From NCBI GenBank assembly GCA_045807625.1, contig JBJMHA010000012.1, positions 76,432 through 140,431 on the forward strand: a stretch of DNA of 64,000 nt. Direction: 5' to 3'. How positions within the stretch are numbered: the first letter of the stretch is position 1; every line of letters begins with the position of its first letter. Source of the DNA: Thermoanaerobaculia bacterium. GTDB lineage: Bacteria; Acidobacteriota; Thermoanaerobaculia; Multivoradales; UBA5704. Of the stretch, positions 1-8,410 are shown one piece after another. The notes under the pieces were generated by a model that saw only the letters and a list, made by a program, of their open reading frames with translations, was not told the DNA's origin and ran no database searches. A program made the translations under genes and the position numbers.

Positions 1-1
1 C

Positions 2-193
2 GCCATCGAGAAGCGCCCGATCGTGGTCGAGGACGAGGACGGCAACGACTCGATCGTCATCAAGACCATGTCCTACTTCAGCATTTCCTACGACCACCGC
101 CTGGTCGACGGAGCCGACGCCGACCGCTTCATGATCGATCTCAAGAAGGTCCTCGAAGAGGACACCTGGACCGAGCTCGAAGCGTACGTGTAG
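2..193 (+). CDS. 2-oxoacid dehydrogenase E2 (dihydrolipoamide acyltransferase), C-terminal fragment; 5' end outside window
   Basis: Manual translation from nt 2 gives AIEKRPIVV...SISYDHRLVDGADADRF...AYV*, with the catalytic DHRxxDG motif; TAG at 191-193. Confidence 0.9.
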   Translation, partial: AIEKRPIVVEDEDGNDSIVIKTMSYFSISYDHRLVDGADADRFMIDLKKVLEEDTWTELEAYV

Positions 194-206
194 GCGCAAC
201 GTACGG

Positions 207-258
207 CCTGGAAGCCCGCGACGAGCCCGGAGGAATCCGGGCTCGTCGTGTCTTCAGG
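207..258 (+). terminator. Hairpin after the E2 gene, likely terminator
   Basis: Stem CGACGAGCCCGGA (219-231) / TCCGGGCTCGTCG (236-248), extendable outwards; only a weak U-tract. Confidence 0.5.
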
Positions 259-295
259 GTACGGATTCTGGTATCCTTCCGGAGAGGTGAGCTTT

Positions 296-853
296 ATGGC
301 CCTGCTGAAGGACAGCGAGAGGTTGATCACCGGCGAGGAGCTCTTCCACTCCCCGGATCTCGGCCCTTGCGAGCTGGTGGATGGGAGGATCGTGCCTACA
401 ATGCCGACGGGACGTGTCCATGGAAAGTCGGAGGCCCGGCTGGCCGCCCGCCTTTTGACCTATGTGGAGAACCACGACAAAGGCGAAGTGCTGACCGGCG
501 AGATCGGCATCTATATCCGGCGGAACCCGGATACCGTACGGGCGGCGGATATCGCCTTCATCTCACACGGCCGTCTGGCCCGGTGCAAGGCGGAAGGATA
601 TCTCGACGTCGCGCCGGAGATCGTGGTGGAGGTTCTCTCTCCGGACGACCGGATGAGCCGGGTGCAGGAGAAGCTCCGCGATTATTTCTCCGCCGGCGTC
701 CAGGTGGTGTGGGTGGTGGACCCCACGCTGCGCCGCGTCCTCGTCCACCGGTCCCTCACCGAAGTGACGGTCCTCGACGACCGGCGGAGCCTGACCGATG
801 AGGATCTGCTGCCGGGCTTCAGCGTTCCGGTCTCGGATCTGTTTCCGGAGTAG
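296..853 (+). CDS. Uma2 family (PD-(D/E)XK) endonuclease
   Basis: ELVDGRIV, VRAADIAF, APEIVVEVLSP, YFSAGVQVVWVVDP and DLLPGF motifs; ATG at 296 after GGAGAGG. Confidence 0.88.
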   Translation: MALLKDSERLITGEELFHSPDLGPCELVDGRIVPTMPTGRVHGKSEARLAARLLTYVENHDKGEVLTGEIGIYIRRNPDTVRAADIAFISHGRLARCKAEGYLDVAPEIVVEVLSPDDRMSRVQEKLRDYFSAGVQVVWVVDPTLRRVLVHRSLTEVTVLDDRRSLTDEDLLPGFSVPVSDLFPE

Positions 854-858
854 GGCTC

Positions 859-890
859 GAGCCCGGGGCGACCCCGGGCTCTTTCATTTT
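859..890 (+). terminator. Intrinsic terminator between convergent genes
   Basis: GAGCCCGGGG-CGA-CCCCGGGCTC followed by TTTCATTTT. Confidence 0.75.
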
Positions 891-896
891 CTCCCC

Positions 897-1451
897 TCAG
901 GGCTGGCAGATCCCTTGACCCTTGCAGGTCCCCTCGAAGCATGTGGGTGTGTACGGGCAGCAGTACGTGCCATAGTAGCCGCAGGGCTGGCACTGGTTGA
1001 TGATGAGATTGCAGGCGAGCCCGAGAGTGTTGCACGTTGAGCCGGCGCAGCACGCCTGGTTGACGCCGCCGCAGGGGGGCGGGGGAGGAGCCGCGCAGCG
1101 TCCGTTCGTGCAGGTGAGCCCCGCCGAGCAGGTGCCGTCCGCGCAGCAGAGATTGCCGCTCCCCCCGCAGGCCCGGCAGTAACCGCTCGAGTTGCAGATG
1201 AGCCCGGAGCCGCACTGCCCGCCGATGCAGCAGGTCTGCCCCGCTCCGCCGCAAAGGATCTTCGGGTTGATCCGCCTGGAGGGTTGCGCTGGACCGGCGG
1301 CCGCCATGAAAAGGCCGGCCAGCGGAGCAGCCTCTCCGATCTGGCAGCCCGAGGAGGTCTCCTGAGCCCGCAGGTGGAGAGGGCAGACACAAACCGCGAG
1401 CACGATCACGATCAGAAAAGGACGAAAAACAGCACGGGCCGTTGAGAGCAT
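897..1451 (-). CDS. Secreted cysteine-rich repeat protein
   Basis: AAGGAG RBS; hydrophobic N-terminal signal; four ~30-aa units of the form CGxxGxxCCxxxxCxxxxxCxxxxC. Confidence 0.75.
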   Translation of the reverse strand: MLSTARAVFRPFLIVIVLAVCVCPLHLRAQETSSGCQIGEAAPLAGLFMAAAGPAQPSRRINPKILCGGAGQTCCIGGQCGSGLICNSSGYCRACGGSGNLCCADGTCSAGLTCTNGRCAAPPPPPCGGVNQACCAGSTCNTLGLACNLIINQCQPCGYYGTYCCPYTPTCFEGTCKGQGICQP

Positions 1452-1577
1452 ACACGTCTCCTTAAGGTAATTTCTGAGCCTTTACAGAACGATCGCGCGC
1501 GGCCGGTCCGGCTGAATGTCTCTACGGAGGTTTGGAGCTTTTGGATGAAGAGGGCTTTTTCTGGCCTTGGCGAGCCG

Positions 1578-2112
1578 TTCGGCAAGCTTCCGCAGGACGC
1601 GGCCGGCGTGTTTTTGGCGGAGTAAGCATCCATGGAACGCGGTAAGCTTCCCGCGAGGCGCGGCCGGCTTATTTTTGAGGAAGCAAGCATCCGCAGGACG
1701 CGGCAAGCTTGCGCGCGGCTCGAAAAGTTTCCCATGAGGCACGGCAAGCTTATCTTCGACAGGGTAAGCATCCATGGAGCGCGGCAAGCTTATGTGTGAC
1801 GCCGCAAGCTTCCGCAAGATGCGGCCGGCTTGCTTTTGACAGGACAAGCATCCGCAGGGCGCGGCGAGCGTGCGTGAGACGCGGTAAGCTTCCCGTGAGG
1901 CACGGCAAGCTTATTTTTGACAGGGTAAGCATCCGCGAGCGCGGTAAGCCTGTGTGTGACGCGGTAACCTTCCCGCGAGGCGCAGCCGGCTTAAATTTGG
2001 CGGAGTAAGCGTCCGTAGAGCGCGGCAATCTTGTGCGCGACGCGGTAAGACTCCGCGAGGCGCGGCCGGCTTATTTTTCTCAGGGGAAGTATCCGCGGAG
2101 CGGGGTAAGCCG
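1578..2112. repeat. Degenerate tandem repeat tract, ~20-bp period
   Basis: GG(C/T)AAGC or GGCCGGC cores recur at 1581, 1601, 1621, 1641, 1662, 1682, 1702 and onward; higher-order unit of about 61-81 bp. Confidence 0.8.
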
Positions 2113-2135
2113 GAAGTGAACGGTAGAGACGCCCC

Positions 2136-4166
2136 TTGCGCCAGGCAAAGCCTGGGAAGGGAGGAGGGAACATGCAATAGACAGAACCCGAAACCCTTCG
2201 TAGTGGACCCAGTAGGTCCGAACCCTACCCGGCAAGGGCTAGCCACCCACCGGAAGCGAGTCTTGCGTGGTGGTAGGAGTAATCCGCGCCACGAAGCGTA
2301 GACAGCGAGTGTGCAGGCCGTGGTAATCAGCCTCGAGAGACTGCATCGAGGAGCCAACGTCGTGGGGTGAGCGGAAGGCAACATCTCTGGCGCCGGATGG
2401 CTTGGCGTCGGAGGTCCTCCGGGGTATCAGCCCAGGGCATGTACACAAGGGGGTCCGCCCAGGAACCTGGGAGAGCCCTGAGATCTCCGCGGTCGAGTCC
2501 CGGCTGGGCTCCGGGAGACCAATCGTCCAGGCCCACAGCAGAGGGCGTCCGCACCCTGTGGGAGCGAATAAGCGGGCGTAGCCACGGTACCGCCAAGCGA
2601 AGGAAACGAAGCGCGGCGGGATGGACTCAGGGCGTCGTAGCACCTCAACAGTACCGAGGAAGCGGGGGAACCATCCCGAGGGACCCCGTGGAGGGAAAAG
2701 GGGTGTCGGGTCACGGACTCGTTGGAGGGAAAGATGACAGGGTCGCCGAACCTTGAGACAGTCTCAACGCGACTTCAACGGATAGCACAACTGGCGAGGG
2801 AAGATCCGAAGCGGGCCTTCTTGAGCCTGGCTCATCACATCGACCTGGACTTTCTACGCGAAGCCTACCGCCGGACGCGTAAAGATGGTGCCCCGGGGGT
2901 GGATGGCCAGACGGCGGCGGACTACGAGGAAAATCTGGAAGCGAATCTCCAGGACCTCTTGGGCCGTTTTAAGTCGGGCCGCTACCAAGCGCCGCCGGTT
3001 CGCCGGGCCTACGTCCCGAAAGGGAGTGACCCGTCGAAGAAGCGGCCGATCGGGATTCCGACCTTCGAGGACAAAGTCCTTCAGAGGGCGGTCGCGATGG
3101 TGCTGGAAGCGGTGTATGAGCAGGACTTCTTGGACTGCTCCTACGCCTTCCGGCCCGAGCGATCGGCGCATCAGGCGATCAGGAAGCTGTGGGAAGGTCT
3201 CATGTCGATGGGAGGAGGCTGGGTCGTGGAGGCTGACATCCAGAGTTTCTACGACGATCTAGATCGCAGTCAGCTCAGGAGCTTTCTGGACCGGAGGGTG
3301 CGCGACGGGGTGATCCGCCGCGCTCTTGACAAGTGGCTGAAGGCGGGCGTGATGGAGGGAGGAACCCTCAGCCATCCGACCACCGGAACACCGCAGGGCG
3401 GAGTCATCTCTCCGCTGCTGTCGAACATCTATCTTCATGAGGTGCTGGACACGTGGTTTGAGGCGGTGGTGAAGCCCCGGTTGCAAGGGGCAGCGTTTCT
3501 GATCCGCTTTGCCGATGACTTCGTGCTGGTCTTCCAATTGGAGAGCGATGCTCGGCGGCTCCTGGAGGTGCTGCCGAAGCGATTCGGCAAGTACGGCTTG
3601 AGCCTCCATCCCGACAAGACCCGTCTGGTGCGTTTCGAACGGCCCGGTCCTACTGCGGGGCCCGGAAGAACGCAGCCGCACGAGGAGCCGAGGAGCTTCG
3701 ACTTCCTCGGCTTCACCCACCTCTGGGAGAGGTCTCGGCGGGGCACTTGGACGGTCAAGCGCAAGACGGCTTCGGACCGGATTACCCGGTTCCTGCGGCG
3801 AATCAACGAGTGGTGTCGAGGCAATCGGCATGCACCCCTAGACTGGCAGCATGCACAACTTCTCCGTAAGCTGCAAGGGTACAGTGGGTACTACGGGATC
3901 ACCGGGAACTCGCTGTCTCTGAGCAGCGTGCACCAAAGGGTCAAGCTGATCTGGCGCAAGTGGCTCAGTCGCCGCTCGCGGAAGCCCAGCATGCCCTGGA
4001 AGCGGTTTCAGCTTCTCTTGAAGCGGTACCCGCTTCCGAACCTGAGAATCTGTGTTGCGGCCTGAAGTCGCGTAGCGAACCCGTGACCTGAAGAACCGTA
4101 TGCGGTAGTCCCGCACGTACGGGTCTGTGGGGGACCTGGGTGGGTAACCACCCAGGTCTACCCGGC
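2136..4166 (+). mobile_element. Group II intron (full length, RT/maturase-encoding)
   Basis: 5' end TTGCG at 2136; EBS1-like GGGGTG (2364-2369) pairs with 5' exon CGCCCC (2130-2135); domain V GAAGAACCGTATGCGGTAGTCCCGCACGTACGGGTCTGTGGGG (~4090-4133); domain VI hairpin ending CTACCCGGC at 4166. Confidence 0.9.
2734..4065 (+). CDS. ltrA: Group II intron reverse transcriptase/maturase (no C-terminal endonuclease domain)
   Basis: [37 protein letters not shown] and FDFLGF motifs plus maturase X domain; ATG at 2734 after GGAGG. Confidence 0.93.
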   Translation: MTGSPNLETVSTRLQRIAQLAREDPKRAFLSLAHHIDLDFLREAYRRTRKDGAPGVDGQTAADYEENLEANLQDLLGRFKSGRYQAPPVRRAYVPKGSDPSKKRPIGIPTFEDKVLQRAVAMVLEAVYEQDFLDCSYAFRPERSAHQAIRKLWEGLMSMGGGWVVEADIQSFYDDLDRSQLRSFLDRRVRDGVIRRALDKWLKAGVMEGGTLSHPTTGTPQGGVISPLLSNIYLHEVLDTWFEAVVKPRLQGAAFLIRFADDFVLVFQLESDARRLLEVLPKRFGKYGLSLHPDKTRLVRFERPGPTAGPGRTQPHEEPRSFDFLGFTHLWERSRRGTWTVKRKTASDRITRFLRRINEWCRGNRHAPLDWQHAQLLRKLQGYSGYYGITGNSLSLSSVHQRVKLIWRKWLSRRSRKPSMPWKRFQLLLKRYPLPNLRICVAA

Positions 4167-4567
4167 AGCCGGTTGGCAAAACCTCCGCAGTCCATCAACG
4201 TCGGGGCGTCTCCTCGAAGGGCAGATCCTACCGGCCATCCGCGCCTTCCCGGATCTGTACCCTCCTCCTCAGCGCTCCATGGGGGTGTGCCTACCGGAGG
4301 ACATACCCTTCGGAGCGGTCTGCCCTCCGAGGAGACGTCCCGACGTTTGTGGCCTGCCGCCGCCGTGCTGAAACGGACTGGGACGTCTCTACGCCTGCCG
4401 CCAGCGGGCGAGCTCCTCCTCGAATCCGTCCTGGAGCTCCTCCACGGGCCAGCCGCCCATCACAGGCGTAAGTTAGAGAGGCCGGATTGCCTAAAGCCGT
4501 CCAAGCCTATAAGTTACGTACGTGTACGATGTACCATCGTTCACTGAGCCGACCCCGAGGAGAGAGT

Positions 4568-5737
4568 GTGATCACGGATATCGAAATCGAAGGCTTCAAG
4601 AGCTTGGAGAAGGTCCGCCTGAAGCTGGGTAAGCTCAACCTGTTCGTGGGGGCGAATGCCAGCGGGAAATCGAACTTCTTCGATGCCCTGCGGGTCCTCC
4701 AGGGGATTGGGTACGGCTTTACGATGGACGAGATCTTCAACGGAAAGCCTCGGAGCTCCACTAACGAGATTTGGGAAGGGATTAGGGGAGGAAGCACGAG
4801 AGCCGCGTTTAGAAGGCGGGGTGCCGGACGTGCCAGCGATCCTGACGCGCCTATTAGGTTCGCCGTTGTGCTCCAGAAACCAGAATCGCCTGGCTTCGAG
4901 TTTGAGATTGAGATGTCTCCCGGGCGCGGGCTGGTTCTTGGAGAGACTCTTCGGTCCAACGCGGAAGAGCTTGTACGACATAGGACACCCCTGATCAGGT
5001 CGCTCTCCACCGCCGATGATCTGGTGAAGATTTTCGATGGGAGTATGGCTCCCTTTAATACGGAGAAACGTTTGTTGCATGTGGCCTTCAGCCGAGATCT
5101 CGGCAATGTGCAGAATTTGGACCCATCTCCGATTATCTTACGGGATTATTCGCAGTATAAAACCGTCAGGCGCATGGGGGAGCATGGCGAAAATTTTGCT
5201 GCTCTCGTTAGGGAAATTACAGCAGATTGTGATTCAAAGCGGGCTTATCTTGATTGGCTGCGCCAGTTGACGCCTGTCGAATTAGACGATGTGGTAATTC
5301 TGACGGGCGCAGTGGACGATTCCTTGTTTGCTCTCAAGGAAGGCGAGCAGGAATTCCCCGCGCCGGTGCTGTCCGACGGTACGCTTCGCTTTGCTGCTCT
5401 CGCGGCGGCGTTCTTCCAGCCGGATATGCCTGACATCATTACGATTGAGGAGATCGAGAACGGCATCCATCCCACCCGCCTCCGCCTCCTTGTAGAGTTG
5501 CTGAAGTCTCAATCGACAGAGAGCGGACCTCAAGTCTTCGCCACCACTCATTCTCCGGTCGTCCTCGCCTGGCTGGACGAGAGCGACTATGACACCACTT
5601 TCTTCTGCAAGCGAGATGAGGAGACCGGCGCCTCCATCATCAAGCCTCTCAGCGAGATTCCCCGTCTGGTTGATCTCATTAAGAGCCAATCTCTCGGCGA
5701 GCTCTTCACTGAGGGATGGATGGAGACGGCGTTTTGA
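4568..5737 (+). CDS. AAA_21/ABC-type ATPase (OLD/AriA-like)
   Basis: IEIEGFKS, Walker A GANASGKS, LSDGTLRF signature, Walker B IEEIENGIHP, TTHSP; GTG start at 4568; lower GC than flanks. Confidence 0.85.
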   Translation: MITDIEIEGFKSLEKVRLKLGKLNLFVGANASGKSNFFDALRVLQGIGYGFTMDEIFNGKPRSSTNEIWEGIRGGSTRAAFRRRGAGRASDPDAPIRFAVVLQKPESPGFEFEIEMSPGRGLVLGETLRSNAEELVRHRTPLIRSLSTADDLVKIFDGSMAPFNTEKRLLHVAFSRDLGNVQNLDPSPIILRDYSQYKTVRRMGEHGENFAALVREITADCDSKRAYLDWLRQLTPVELDDVVILTGAVDDSLFALKEGEQEFPAPVLSDGTLRFAALAAAFFQPDMPDIITIEEIENGIHPTRLRLLVELLKSQSTESGPQVFATTHSPVVLAWLDESDYDTTFFCKRDEETGASIIKPLSEIPRLVDLIKSQSLGELFTEGWMETAF

Positions 5738-6297
5738 GCTTCGACGTGCTTGTCGTTCCTGAAGACCCTGCCAACAACGGATATATCTTGAAGCCTCTCG
5801 TCTCCCGCATCCTTGCTGCTTGCGGTAAGACGAACGCGAAGGTCACGGTCCTCTCCAATCCGCGAGCCAAAGGCTACCAGCATGCCAAGACGCTTCTGCG
5901 GAGTCAGGTCTTTGCGCGGTACCGCCATATGGATCTCCTCCTGTTCCTGCCTGATGCAGATGGCAAAAACCGACTCGCGGAGCTTCAGGCTTTGGAGCAG
6001 GAGGCGAGCGCCCAAGGTATTCATCTTCTCTGCTGCGCCGCCAAGGAAGAGGTCGAGGTCTGGCTTCTGGCGGGCCACCGCGAGCGTCTGGGCCAGCCTT
6101 GGCAGGCGATTCGGAGCGACACCTCCGTCAAGGAAAACGTCTTCCAGCCGTTCCTCCAGGAGCATGGCAACCCCAAGGCACCAGGCGGCGGCCGCGATGT
6201 TCTCATGGGCCAGACCCTGAATGGGTACGGAGCCTTACTCCAGCGCTGCCCCGAATTGGCCGAGCTCGAGCGGCGCATTCGGGAATTCCTGGTCTGA
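5734..6297 (+). CDS. DUF4276/RloB-like TOPRIM-type partner of the ATPase
   Basis: TTG start overlaps the ATPase stop; VVPED, DAD and EVEVWLLA motifs. Confidence 0.6.
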   Translation: MSFDVLVVPEDPANNGYILKPLVSRILAACGKTNAKVTVLSNPRAKGYQHAKTLLRSQVFARYRHMDLLLFLPDADGKNRLAELQALEQEASAQGIHLLCCAAKEEVEVWLLAGHRERLGQPWQAIRSDTSVKENVFQPFLQEHGNPKAPGGGRDVLMGQTLNGYGALLQRCPELAELERRIREFLV

Positions 6298-6409
6298 TCT
6301 CCCGCGCCTTGGCACCCCCGCCCCACCTCTGATAAATCTCCCCCACCCACTACCCCCTCCCGGGGGCTGGCAGGCGATCTGCACGCGGGGCGCAGGGGGA
6401 GATTCGAGT

Positions 6410-8404
6410 ATGAAGGACGAGGCAGGACGGCAACGGGCCGTCATCGACAAGGTCAGGCCGGAGATCGACTGCGGGCGGTTTCCCATCAAGCGGGTGGTGG
6501 GGGAGACGGTCGAGGTGGAGGCCGACGCGTTCACCGACGGCCACGACTCCATCACCTGCCGGCTGCTCTGGCGCCCGGAATCCCAGTCCAAGTGGAACGA
6601 GACCGAGATGGAGGCGCTGCCCAACGACCTCTGGCGGGCCGGATTCACCGTTACCGAGCAGGGGCGGTGGCTCTACAGCGTCCTCGGGTGGGTGGACCCC
6701 TTCAAGACCTGGCGGCGAGACCTCAGGAAGCGGGTGGAGGCGGGGCAGGACGTGGCGCTCGACCTGCGCGTGGGAGGGGCCTTGGTGCGCGACGCCAGCC
6801 AGCGGGCCGCCCAGGCGCGCAAGAAGGCCGACGCCCGGGTGCTGGAGGGATTGGCGGAGGACCTGGAGGCCGACAAGGACCAGGAGGTCCGGCTCCTGCT
6901 CGCCCTCGACGACGAGCTCGCCGCGCTCATGGACCGCCATGCCGACCGCCGGTTCGCCACCGTCTACCCCCGTGAGCTCGGGGTTGTGGTGGACCGCGTC
7001 AAGGCGCGGTTCTCGACCTGGTACGAGATGTTTCCCCGCTCCTGCGGACCGGACGGAAAGCACGGCACCTTCCGCGACTGCGAGAGGCGCCTGCGCTATA
7101 TCGCCGGGATGGGCTTCGACGTGCTCTACCTGCCCCCCATCCACCCCGTCGGTACGGCGTTCCGCAAGGGGAAGAACAACGCCCTGACCCCCAAGCCGGA
7201 CGACGTCGGGAGCCCGTGGGCGATCGGCTCGGAGGAGGGGGGGCACAAGGCGGTCGACCCGCGGCTCGGCACGCTCGCCGACTTCCGGCGCTTTCTCAAG
7301 AAGGCGGCGGAGCACGGCCTGGAGATCGCCCTCGACCTCGCCTACCAGTGCTCGCCGGACCACCCCTACGTGAAAGAGCACCCGGAATGGTTCCGCAAGC
7401 GGCCGGACGGCACCATCCAATATGCCGAAAATCCGCCCAAGAAGTACCAGGACATCTACCCCTTCGACTTCGAGACGGACTCCTGGCGCGAGCTCTGGGA
7501 GGAGCTCAAGAGCATCGTCGATTTTTGGGTGAAGGAAGGTGTGCGGATCTTCCGCGTGGACAACCCGCACACCAAGGCGTTCCCGTTCTGGGAGTGGATG
7601 ATCGGCGAGGTCAAGCGCGAGCATCCGGACGTGCTCTTCCTGGCCGAGGCGTTCACCCGGCCGAAGATCATGTACCGGCTCGCCAAGCTCGGCTTCACCC
7701 AGTCCTACAACTACTTCCCCTGGCGCAACCAGCGCTGGGAGCTGATCGAGTACTTCACCGAGCTCAATCAGACCGAGGTCAAGGAATTCTTCCGGCCCAA
7801 TCTTTGGCCGAACACGCCGGACATCCTCACCGAGCCGCTGCAGATCGGCGGCCGGCCGATGTTCGTGCAGCGGCTGATCCTCGCCGCCACCCTCGGCGCC
7901 AGCTACGGCATCTACGGCCCTCCCTTCGAGCTGATGGAGCACCTGCCGCGCGAGCGGGGGAGCGAGGAGTACCTCGACTCGGAGAAGTATCAGCTCCGCC
8001 AATGGGACCTCGACCGGCCGGACAGCCTGCGCGAGATGATCGCCCTGGTGAACCGCATCCGGCGGGAGAGCCCGGCGCTCCAGGCCGACCACAGCCTGCG
8101 CTTCCACGAGGCGGAGAACGAGCAGATCCTCTGCTACAGCAAGGCGGCCGGGGAGAACCTGATCGTCGTGGCGGTGAATCTCGACCCCCACCACACGCAG
8201 GCGTCCTGGATCCGGCTCGACCTCGAGGAGATGGGGCTCGAGCCCGACCAGCAGTTCCAGGTGCACGACCTGCTGACGGGGGCCCGCTATCTCTGGCACG
8301 GATCGCGCAACTTCGTCCAGATCGATCCGCACCAAGTGCCGGCCCACGTCTTCCGCGTGCGGCGGCGGGTGCGGTCGGAACGGGATTTCGACTATTTCAT
8401 CTAG
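6410..8404 (+). CDS. glgE: Alpha-1,4-glucan:maltose-1-phosphate maltosyltransferase
   Basis: STWYEMFPRS, YAENPPKKYQDIYP, IFRVDNPHTK, FLAEAFT, NTPDIL. Confidence 0.95.
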   Translation: MKDEAGRQRAVIDKVRPEIDCGRFPIKRVVGETVEVEADAFTDGHDSITCRLLWRPESQSKWNETEMEALPNDLWRAGFTVTEQGRWLYSVLGWVDPFKTWRRDLRKRVEAGQDVALDLRVGGALVRDASQRAAQARKKADARVLEGLAEDLEADKDQEVRLLLALDDELAALMDRHADRRFATVYPRELGVVVDRVKARFSTWYEMFPRSCGPDGKHGTFRDCERRLRYIAGMGFDVLYLPPIHPVGTAFRKGKNNALTPKPDDVGSPWAIGSEEGGHKAVDPRLGTLADFRRFLKKAAEHGLEIALDLAYQCSPDHPYVKEHPEWFRKRPDGTIQYAENPPKKYQDIYPFDFETDSWRELWEELKSIVDFWVKEGVRIFRVDNPHTKAFPFWEWMIGEVKREHPDVLFLAEAFTRPKIMYRLAKLGFTQSYNYFPWRNQRWELIEYFTELNQTEVKEFFRPNLWPNTPDILTEPLQIGGRPMFVQRLILAATLGASYGIYGPPFELMEHLPRERGSEEYLDSEKYQLRQWDLDRPDSLREMIALVNRIRRESPALQADHSLRFHEAENEQILCYSKAAGENLIVVAVNLDPHHTQASWIRLDLEEMGLEPDQQFQVHDLLTGARYLWHGSRNFVQIDPHQVPAHVFRVRRRVRSERDFDYFI

Positions 8405-8410
8405 AGGGGA

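Larger units (their letters stand above)
2123..4392. repeat. GTAG-type REP doublet (REPIN-like inverted repeat, ~240 bp without the intron) split by the intron
   Basis: Left arm GTAGAGACGCCCC|intron|AGCCGG...AACGTCGGGGCGTCTC (to 4212); right arm GAGACGTCCCGACGTT...GGACTGGGACGTCTCTAC (4332-4392) is its near reverse complement. Confidence 0.8.

Noticed and set aside
1578-2112. Possible CRISPR array
   Set aside because: Units are degenerate and contiguous with no unique spacers, and there are no cas genes; the same applies to 48640-49140
2734-4065. RT as a retron, DGR or defence RT
   Set aside because: It has a maturase domain and is embedded in RNA with clear group II domains V/VI and EBS1-IBS1 pairing; no TR/VR pair was seen
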